DNA of 64,000 nucleotides from Nitrosopumilus sp. (GTDB lineage Bacteria > Desulfobacterota > Binatia > UBA1149 > SPBQ01): the NCBI GenBank assembly GCA_964225545.1, contig CAXQPB010000034.1, positions 23,853 through 87,852 of the forward strand, written 5' to 3'. Numbering within the stretch: the first letter of the stretch is position 1; the number at the start of each line of letters is the position of its first letter. Shown in pieces: positions 29,688 to 37,123 of the stretch. The position numbers and the translations under genes were made by a program. The notes below the pieces were generated by a model. The model was given only the letters and a program-made list of their open reading frames with translations, ran no database searches and was not told the origin of the DNA.

Positions 29688-30551
29688 ATGTCCAGCCTCA
29701 CACTGACCAAGATTCACGGTTGCGCGAACGACTACCTGTTCGTCGACTGCACGCACAACGCACTGCCTGACGCGGCGAACATCTCGCGAATCGTCTCCGA
29801 CCGCCGCACCGGAATCGGAAGCGACGGACTGATTCTCGTCTGCCCGTCGGATACAGCCGATTTTCGTATGGAGATGTACAACGCCGACGGCAGCCGCGGG
29901 GCGATGTGCGGCAACGGTATCCGCGGACTGGCGAAGTACGTCGCCGATCGCGCGATGGTCAGCGGTGACAGTCTGAGTGTAGAGACCGACTCAGGCACGA
30001 AGACGATGGACCTGCTGCGGGCGGCGGGCTCGGTCGAGAAGGTACGGGTCGACATGGGGCCGCCTGTTCTCGACGGACCGGAGATTCCGGTCGACGCCAG
30101 GGGGCGTGTCGTCGATTCCCCGCTTCAGGTTGACGGACGCAGTTGGCAGGTCACCTGCGTTTCGATGGGCAACCCGCACTGCGTGACCTTCGATGTCGAC
30201 CCCGAGGACCTGGATCTGGAAAAGCTCGGACCGCCGTTCGAAACACACCCGTTCTTTCCGGCCGGGGTCAACACGGAATTCGTGCGCGTCGACTCTGCGG
30301 ATCACCTTACCATGCGGGTCTGGGAACGCGGATCAGGGGAAACGCATGCATGCGGGACCGGCGCATGCGCCGTCGTGGTCGCAGGCGTTCTGACCGGGCG
30401 CTGCGAACGCAAAGCAACCGTCGCTCTGCGCGGCGGCGACCTGGAGATCGAATACCGGGCACAGGATGACACCGTCTTGATGACCGGCCCGGCCGTAGAA
30501 GTCTTTACGGTGACGATCGACGTCGAGCCGGCCGCGGCCGGCAGGAGCTGA
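29688..30551 (+). CDS. dapF: Diaminopimelate epimerase
   Basis: Two catalytic-Cys repeats are present (GNGIRG..., HACGTGACA). Confidence 0.9.
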   Translation: MSSLTLTKIHGCANDYLFVDCTHNALPDAANISRIVSDRRTGIGSDGLILVCPSDTADFRMEMYNADGSRGAMCGNGIRGLAKYVADRAMVSGDSLSVETDSGTKTMDLLRAAGSVEKVRVDMGPPVLDGPEIPVDARGRVVDSPLQVDGRSWQVTCVSMGNPHCVTFDVDPEDLDLEKLGPPFETHPFFPAGVNTEFVRVDSADHLTMRVWERGSGETHACGTGACAVVVAGVLTGRCERKATVALRGGDLEIEYRAQDDTVLMTGPAVEVFTVTIDVEPAAAGRS

Positions 30552-30555
30552 TCTG

Positions 30556-31440
30556 ATGTTCGAGGGAACCTACACCGCCCTGGTAACACCGTTTCGCGAC
30601 GGCGAGATCGATGAGCCCGCGCTGAAGGCGCTGATCGCGGATCAGCTCGCCGCCGGGGTCGACGGCCTCGTCCCGTGCGGCAGCACCGGCGAGTCGGCGA
30701 CAATGGACCACGCTGAGCACGAACGCGTCATCGAGATGACGGTCGCGGCCGTCGACGGCCGCTGCAAAGTGATCGCCGGGACCGGATCGAACAATACGCG
30801 CGAGGCCTGCAAGCTGACCGCGTTCGCAGCACGCGCCGGCGCCGACGCTGCCTTGCTCATCAGCCCCTACTACAACAAGCCCACGCAGCAGGGCCACATT
30901 GACCACTACCGTGCGGTGGCCGACGCCGCGGATCTGCCCCTGATCGTCTACAACATCCCGGGGCGCACCGGCGTCAACATGCTGCCCGATACGATTGCAG
31001 CGATGGCCGAGTCGCCGAACATCGCAGGAGTGAAAGAAGCCTCGGGCGATCTCGACCAGGTCTCGCGAAACATCGCGGCCACCGACGACGACTTCGAGGT
31101 TCTTTCCGGCGACGACAGCCTCCCCCCCCCGATGATGGCTGTCGGAGCGAGCGGCGTGATCTCGGTGACCTCCAACCTGGTGCCCGTGCGCTTTGCCGAG
31201 ATGGTCTCAGCAGCAGCGGCAGGAGATTTCGCCACAGCGCGCGTGATCCACCACGAGCTGCTTGCGCTGATGGGAGCGCTGTTCTGCGAAACCAACCCGA
31301 TCCCGATCAAGGCGGCGATGTCGATTGCCGGGCTCGCAGGAGGCATGACCGATGAAGTCCGCCTGCCGCTGACAACGGTCACGCCGGCTTCGCGGACCCT
31401 CCTCGAAACCGCGCTGCGCAACGCGGGGGTGATTGACTGA
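30556..31440 (+). CDS. dapA: 4-hydroxy-tetrahydrodipicolinate synthase
   Basis: TALVTPF...GLVPCGSTGE is present. The gene is the DapA family size. Confidence 0.9.
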   Translation: MFEGTYTALVTPFRDGEIDEPALKALIADQLAAGVDGLVPCGSTGESATMDHAEHERVIEMTVAAVDGRCKVIAGTGSNNTREACKLTAFAARAGADAALLISPYYNKPTQQGHIDHYRAVADAADLPLIVYNIPGRTGVNMLPDTIAAMAESPNIAGVKEASGDLDQVSRNIAATDDDFEVLSGDDSLPPPMMAVGASGVISVTSNLVPVRFAEMVSAAAAGDFATARVIHHELLALMGALFCETNPIPIKAAMSIAGLAGGMTDEVRLPLTTVTPASRTLLETALRNAGVID

Positions 31441-32279
31441 TGGCCGACTCTTCATCCGAGAAGGTGGGAATTGTCGTCTGCGGAGCCGCGGGTCGTATGG
31501 GCCGGCGGATCATCGCGCTCGCGACCGAGGGCGCAACCGCGACCGTCACCGGCGCCGTCGAGGCAGAGGGTCACCCCGACCTCGGTGCCGACGCGGGCGA
31601 GCTCGCCGGGGTCGGCAGGCTCGGCGTCGAGCTCTGCGCGGGCAGCGCGGCAACCGCGCTGGTCCGACCGCCTCACGTCACGATCGACTTCAGCACACCC
31701 GAGGGCTCGCTCGCGCGAATGCGCCAGGCTGCGGCCGCCGGCGCGCCGATCGTTATCGGGGCGACCGGATTCAGCCCCGAGCAACGCGAAGAGGCGTTGA
31801 GCCTTTCCGAATCGATGCCCACGCTGCTCGCGCCGAATATGAGCCTGGGTGTCAATGTCCTGCTCGACCTGGTCTCGGATGCGATCCGCAGACTCGGGCC
31901 CGACTTCGACTGCGAGATCGTCGAACTCCACCACGGACGAAAAAAGGACGCGCCGAGCGGGACCGCCCTGGCGCTGGCGGACTCCGCTGCGCGGGCCGCC
32001 GGTCTGGACCCCGACAGCGACCTGGTCCTGGCACGCGAGGGCCTGGTTGGCGAGCGCTCGGATCGGGAGATCGGCGTCGTCGCGCTGCGAGGCGGAGATG
32101 CTGCCGGCGAGCATACGGTCATGCTGCTCGGGACCGGAGAGCGCATCGAGCTCACCCACCGGGCCTCGAGTCGCGACTGCTTTGCTGCCGGCGCGGTGCG
32201 GGCGGCGGTCTGGCTTTCCGGCCGTCCGGCCGGGATGTACGGAATGCGCGATGTGCTCGGCCTGGGCAGCCGATCCTGA
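31440..32279 (+). CDS. dapB: 4-hydroxy-tetrahydrodipicolinate reductase
   Basis: The N-terminal Rossmann motif GAAGRMG and the ELHHGRKKDAPSGTA motif are present. Confidence 0.9.
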   Translation: MADSSSEKVGIVVCGAAGRMGRRIIALATEGATATVTGAVEAEGHPDLGADAGELAGVGRLGVELCAGSAATALVRPPHVTIDFSTPEGSLARMRQAAAAGAPIVIGATGFSPEQREEALSLSESMPTLLAPNMSLGVNVLLDLVSDAIRRLGPDFDCEIVELHHGRKKDAPSGTALALADSAARAAGLDPDSDLVLAREGLVGERSDREIGVVALRGGDAAGEHTVMLLGTGERIELTHRASSRDCFAAGAVRAAVWLSGRPAGMYGMRDVLGLGSRS

Positions 32280-32539
32280 GCCCGACGGCGCGGCGCCCGC
32301 AGCCTGAAAGTTCGAGCCGCCGGCGCGGTCTGTGCAGAGCCACACGCGGCCGATTTGCGAGCCGGATCGGCTCTGGCTAATTTTCCCCCGGCTTTACGGA
32401 CACGACACAGCTCTGCGCGCCGGCGTAGCCGAAGAATCCGGGGGGATTCGAGGCGACCATTTACCTGCCGCAGGCGTGCAAAAGAGCGTACGAGTCCCGA
32501 CAGGCCCGGTCAGGGGATGCTGAATCAGGGGAAGGTCTC

Positions 32540-33034
32540 GTGAGCCACACTGCGTATATCGGTGTGGGAACCAATCTGGGCGACCGGATCGCGAATTTCC
32601 GTACGGCGGTCGAACGCGTCGGTGAAATCGAGGAGACGCGCGTGACGCGGCAGTCGTCGCTTTACGAGAGCGAGCCCATCGGAAAAGCACGAAACTGGTT
32701 TCTGAACGGCGTTCTGGAGATCACGACCGCGCTGGACGCCAAGGCGCTGCTCAAGCAACTTCAGACGATCGAGACCGGCATGGGCCGGAAGAAGACCAAG
32801 GCAAAAGCCTCGGTTTCGCGGATCATCGACCTGGACATCCTGCTGTTCGACGGGCAGGTGATCGAGAGCCGCACGCTCAAGGTCCCCCACCCTGAGTTAC
32901 CGAACCGTCGATTCGTGCTGCTGCCGCTGAGCGAACTCGCGCCGGCGCTGAAGCACCCCGTGTCGGCGGAAACCATATCCACGCTGAGCGTGACCACGTC
33001 CGACAAGACACGGGTCATGCTCTTCAAGACCTGA
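32540..33034 (+). CDS. folK: 2-amino-4-hydroxy-6-hydroxymethyldihydropteridine diphosphokinase (HPPK)
   Basis: [10 protein letters not shown]...YESEPIG...IIDLDILLF is the HPPK signature. Confidence 0.85.
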   Translation: MSHTAYIGVGTNLGDRIANFRTAVERVGEIEETRVTRQSSLYESEPIGKARNWFLNGVLEITTALDAKALLKQLQTIETGMGRKKTKAKASVSRIIDLDILLFDGQVIESRTLKVPHPELPNRRFVLLPLSELAPALKHPVSAETISTLSVTTSDKTRVMLFKT

Positions 33035-33050
33035 CACCGGAGCCCGCAAA

Positions 33051-33695
33051 ATGAAGCTGTTCATCGATACCGCCGAGGTCGAGGAGATCCGGCAGGCCGC
33101 CGCATGGGGAATCCTCGACGGCTGCACGACCAACCCGTCCCTCATCGCGAAGAGCGGAAGACGTTTCGAAGACGTGATTGTTGAGATCTGTGAGATCGTC
33201 GGCGGACCGGTCAGCGCCGAGGTCGTGAGCACGGACGCCGCAGGAATGGTCGCCGAGGGCCGGCGACTGGCCGAGCTGCATGAGCATGTGGTGGTCAAGT
33301 GCCCGATGCTGCCCGAGGGGCTGGCCGCCACACGTGAGCTCGCTGATGACGGGATCCGCGTGAACGTGACACTCGTGTTCCAGCCCGGCCAGGCACTGCT
33401 GGCGGCGAAAGCCGGAGCCGCCTACATCAGCCCGTTCGTCGGGCGGCTGGACGACATCGGCGAAAACGGCATGGACACGGTCGCGACGATCGTCGAGATG
33501 CTCGAGAGCTACGACTATGGGGCCGAAGTGCTGGTCGCCAGCGTGCGCGGGCCGGGGCATGTAATCGAGGCCGCCCGGATGGGCGCCGATGTAGCGACCT
33601 GCCCGTTCAAGGTGCTCCAGCAGCTGCTCAAACATCCACTGACCGACAGCGGCCTGGAGGCCTTCCTCGCCGACTGGGGAAAGGCACGCAAGTAG
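33051..33695 (+). CDS. Fructose-6-phosphate aldolase / short transaldolase (Fsa/TalC family)
   Basis: [13 protein letters not shown]...GCTTNPSLI and the Schiff-base Lys region are present. The product is 214 aa. Confidence 0.85.
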   Translation: MKLFIDTAEVEEIRQAAAWGILDGCTTNPSLIAKSGRRFEDVIVEICEIVGGPVSAEVVSTDAAGMVAEGRRLAELHEHVVVKCPMLPEGLAATRELADDGIRVNVTLVFQPGQALLAAKAGAAYISPFVGRLDDIGENGMDTVATIVEMLESYDYGAEVLVASVRGPGHVIEAARMGADVATCPFKVLQQLLKHPLTDSGLEAFLADWGKARK

Positions 33696-33701
33696 TCGGA
33701 T

Positions 33702-34157
33702 TTACTGGGTTTCCAGGTCGCAGGCCGAGCGAACAGACGCGGCCTGCGACTCGATGCCGTCGAGCCTGATTCTGAACGACTCGACCATACGCTCATCGAC
33801 TTCCTCAACGCGCGCGCGGTCGAGTTCATCGACAAAGACTTGATACCGGTCCGCGAGGCCCTCGAGGCCGCGGAACGAGTCCGACCCCTCACGCGAGCTG
33901 CGGGAGACATCCATGAAGTGGCGGGCACGCTCGAGCGGATAGCGGAGGCGTTCGATGTCGGACGGCGTCAGCGGCCGGGTCCCCTGCGCGAGCTGCGCCT
34001 GCGCGTCACTGGCCATGCGGGCCATCAGTGACGCGTGCGTGCGCACCAGATCGTGATAGCGCAGCCAGTAACAGGCCGCGGTACCGGCCAGACCGATGCA
34101 CAGAATCAGCCCCGCCAGATGAGCCGGCCGCCCTCTCGAAGTCTCGAACAATGTCAC
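33702..34157 (-). CDS. Hypothetical membrane protein
   Basis: An N-terminal TM helix (LAGLILCIGLAGTAACYWL) is present. No family is recognised. Confidence 0.35.
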   Translation of the reverse strand: MTLFETSRGRPAHLAGLILCIGLAGTAACYWLRYHDLVRTHASLMARMASDAQAQLAQGTRPLTPSDIERLRYPLERARHFMDVSRSSREGSDSFRGLEGLADRYQVFVDELDRARVEEVDERMVESFRIRLDGIESQAASVRSACDLETQ

Positions 34158-34236
34158 TGCGTGATTATAGGCGAACCGCCGACCTTGACCACCGTCGAGC
34201 CCCTGCCTACGATGGCAGGCTAACGGTAACCGAAGC

Positions 34237-35334
34237 TTGAAAGAGCTCCCAAAAGTTTACTTCGAACGCCTGCTCGAAAGCTCGCCCGATATCGTTGTCG
34301 CGGCCGACAGCAAAGGGACGATCATTTTCTACAACGACGGCGCAAGAACCGCGCTCGGATTTCAGGCCGGGGACGTTCTCGGCGCTAACGTGGCGTCGTT
34401 CTATCCGACACAGGAAGAGGCCCGCAGGGTCATGGCGGCCATGCGATCTCCCGAGCACGGAGGCGAAGGCCAGCTGAAGAACTTCGAGACGGAGTTTCTG
34501 AACGCCAAAGGAGAACCGGTGCCGGTCGCCGTCTCGGGCAGCGTCATCCACGACGAGAAAGGACGCGTTCGCGGTTCGATCGGGTTCGCGAAAGATCTCG
34601 CCGAGCTGCGTATGCACGATCAGATCGAAACACTCGGGCAGCTCGCGGTCGGACTCGCACATGAGGTCAACAACCCCCTCGAAGCGCTCGTCAACCATGT
34701 CGAGCTGCTCGAGCGCTACATCCGCGACAAGGCGAGCGATGAGGACTATCGCGTCGAGCACGAGCGCATCGATGCGATGAAGCGCGAACTTCGCCGCATC
34801 CAATCAATTGTAGAACGCGTCGGCGAGATGGCTGCATCCGGAGACTACGGAACGATCGAATATCTGCCCGGCCGGCTGATGACCGACCTCGGCCTCGACG
34901 ACCCGGCAGCCATCGGCGAAGCCGCTCCCACCGAGCACCGCGGCGCAGCCTCAGGACACCTCCGCGGGAAGACCGTGCTCGTCGTCGACGACGACCCCGA
35001 CATCTGCTCCTCGATGGCCGCCATCCTTGCAGCCGAGGGCTGCGACATACTGACCTCTCCGTCCGGGGTCGAGGCGCTCAGGCTCATTGCCGGCCGCGAC
35101 GTCGATATCGTGCTGACCGATGTCTGCATGCCCGACATGGACGGCTATGAACTTTTCGCGGAGATCCGCGACCGCCATCCAGAGCTTCCCGTGGTTCTGA
35201 TGACCGCCTACTACTACGACAAGGATCACGTCATCAAACGCTCCAAAGCCAGTGGGCTGAGCGACGTCATCTTCAAGAAACCGATCGATCCGACACGCCT
35301 GGTCGAGCTCATCGACGCCCGCGTTGGCGGTTGA
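34237..35334 (+). CDS. PAS-HisKA-receiver protein lacking a catalytic HATPase domain (atypical two-component protein)
   Basis: The N-terminal PAS domain is followed by the H-box LAHEVNNPLEAL (HisKA). The C-terminal REC domain has VLVVDDDPD, LTDVCMPDMDG and the conserved Lys in FKKP. Only about 90 aa separate HisKA from REC, which is too few for an ATP-binding domain. Confidence 0.7.
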   Translation: MKELPKVYFERLLESSPDIVVAADSKGTIIFYNDGARTALGFQAGDVLGANVASFYPTQEEARRVMAAMRSPEHGGEGQLKNFETEFLNAKGEPVPVAVSGSVIHDEKGRVRGSIGFAKDLAELRMHDQIETLGQLAVGLAHEVNNPLEALVNHVELLERYIRDKASDEDYRVEHERIDAMKRELRRIQSIVERVGEMAASGDYGTIEYLPGRLMTDLGLDDPAAIGEAAPTEHRGAASGHLRGKTVLVVDDDPDICSSMAAILAAEGCDILTSPSGVEALRLIAGRDVDIVLTDVCMPDMDGYELFAEIRDRHPELPVVLMTAYYYDKDHVIKRSKASGLSDVIFKKPIDPTRLVELIDARVGG

Positions 35335-35380
35335 GCAGCGCGCCGGATAAGGGTTCGGGTTCAGTCACGAGGCACGAACT

Positions 35381-36031
35381 TTGGCGATCCGAATCAACAA
35401 GGTCTACACGCGAACCGGCGACGACGGACTCACCGGAGTGGTCGGTGGCGAGCGCGTCCCCAAAACCAGTCCACGCATCGCCGCCTACGGCGATGTCGAC
35501 GAACTGAACAGCGTAATCGGTATCGTCAGAGCGGAGCTCGCAGATGTACAGGATGCGGCGGGCGGGCAATCTGCACGCGAGCTCGATACCACGCTCGGGT
35601 TCATCCAGCAGGAACTCTTCGATCTCGGCAGTGAACTGGCGACGCCGCCGGAGGCGGAGTACGAGGGTATGATCCGTATGGGCGAAGACCAGGTGACGCG
35701 CCTGGAGTCGTTCATCGATGATCTCCAGTCAGAGCTCGAGCCGCTCGAGTCGTTTGTACTCCCCGGCGGCGGAAAAGCAGGAGCGATGCTCCACCTTGCG
35801 CGTACGGTCTGCCGCCGAACCGAACGCCTGGTCACCGGACTGGTCCAGGGCGAAGACGCGTCGGTCTGGACGGCCCGTTATCTGAACCGGCTCAGCGACC
35901 TTCTGTTCGTACAGGCACGATGGATCGCCGCTCGCACGGGGCATGCGGAGACCCTCTGGCAACACGGGCTGGAGGTGCCCGAGAGGCGCAAAGACGCTCG
36001 CGAAAGCGCGAACGGAAAGAACGATGAGTGA
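35381..36031 (+). CDS. ATP:cob(I)alamin adenosyltransferase, PduO type
   Basis: MAIRINKVYTRTGDDGLTG...SPRIAAYGDVDELNS is the MMAB/PduO family N-terminus. Confidence 0.8.
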   Translation: MAIRINKVYTRTGDDGLTGVVGGERVPKTSPRIAAYGDVDELNSVIGIVRAELADVQDAAGGQSARELDTTLGFIQQELFDLGSELATPPEAEYEGMIRMGEDQVTRLESFIDDLQSELEPLESFVLPGGGKAGAMLHLARTVCRRTERLVTGLVQGEDASVWTARYLNRLSDLLFVQARWIAARTGHAETLWQHGLEVPERRKDARESANGKNDE

Positions 36032-36704
36032 GGGGATCTACCTCAAGCAGCTCGAGATCGGCCCCATGGCCAACTACGTTTACCTGATCGGAGATCTGGA
36101 AACGCGTGAGGCGATGATCGTCGATCCGGCATGGGACATTCCAGCGATCCTCGACGAACTCGACCGCGACGACATGAAACTGGTCGGCGCGCTCGCCACT
36201 CATTTTCACCCCGATCACATCGGCGGCTCAATGATGGGTCATGAGATCCCGGGCGTCCCGGATCTGCTCGCCCAGCGCCCCACAAAGATCTTCATTCACA
36301 AGGAAGAGGCCCCGTATGTGAAACAGGTCCTCGGGATGGAGACCAGCGACTTCGTCAAGGTCGATGGTGAGACCACGGTGAATGTGGGACGAATTCCGAT
36401 TCGTATTCTGCACACGCCTGGCCACACACCGGGTTCGATCTGCTTCCTCGTCGATGGGAACCTGGTCTCGGGCGACACGCTGTTCATCGGTGCCTGCGGC
36501 CGCGTGGATCTGCCGGGATCAAGCGCCGAGCAGCTGTACTACAGCCTGACGCAGAAGCTCAAGAAGCTGCCGGACGAAACGGTGTTGTATCCTGGGCACA
36601 ACTACTCATCGGCGAAGACCAGCACCATCGAGAACGAGAAGCGGACCAACCCGTATATGCGCTTTGAGAGCGTGAACGACTTCCTGCGAACGATGGGGTA
36701 CTGA
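36024..36704 (+). CDS. MBL-fold metallo-hydrolase (glyoxalase II-like)
   Basis: The metal-binding motif THFHPDHIGG is present. The start overlaps the pduO stop by 8 nt. Confidence 0.8.
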   Translation: MSEGIYLKQLEIGPMANYVYLIGDLETREAMIVDPAWDIPAILDELDRDDMKLVGALATHFHPDHIGGSMMGHEIPGVPDLLAQRPTKIFIHKEEAPYVKQVLGMETSDFVKVDGETTVNVGRIPIRILHTPGHTPGSICFLVDGNLVSGDTLFIGACGRVDLPGSSAEQLYYSLTQKLKKLPDETVLYPGHNYSSAKTSTIENEKRTNPYMRFESVNDFLRTMGY

Positions 36705-36920
36705 GCCGCGCCCGGCAGGCTTTCAAGCCACCCGTTTTGCGCAGGGCCGCTTGCGGTTCCGGACACCTTTCACTCCTTGCCCCCCCTACAGGGTAGCCCG
36801 CTGCCGCGGGTGCTTAGCGCACCGCGGCATTGACGACAGCGCTCAAACCCCCCGAAAACGCGAACCCGAGGTCACTACTTATTGACCGCACAAACCGCGA
36901 CGCTCAATCGGCTTCCTCAC

Positions 36921-36950
36921 TTGACAGAAATCGAGCGGCGCCAGTATTTT
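36921..36950 (+). promoter_or_regulatory. Sigma70-like promoter (TTGACA, 18 nt, TATTTT) heading a roughly 170-nt leader upstream of the Cys-rich protein gene
   Basis: Seen directly: TTGACAgaaatcgagcggcgccagTATTTT. An AAGGAG RBS lies 9 nt before the ATG at 37124. Confidence 0.35.
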
Positions 36951-37123
36951 CCCCGGGCGTTCGCGCGGCGGCCCGTCTGGACTGCCGACGGACCGGGTCA
37001 GAGGCGGAAGCGACTCACGTCGTTGTCCATCCTGCGCTGAAAAGAGATTTTCACAGTTTCGGAACGCCGGTCGGGGCGGAAGCCTCGGGGGATCCCATAC
37101 TTACCATTAAGGAGAATACAGGT

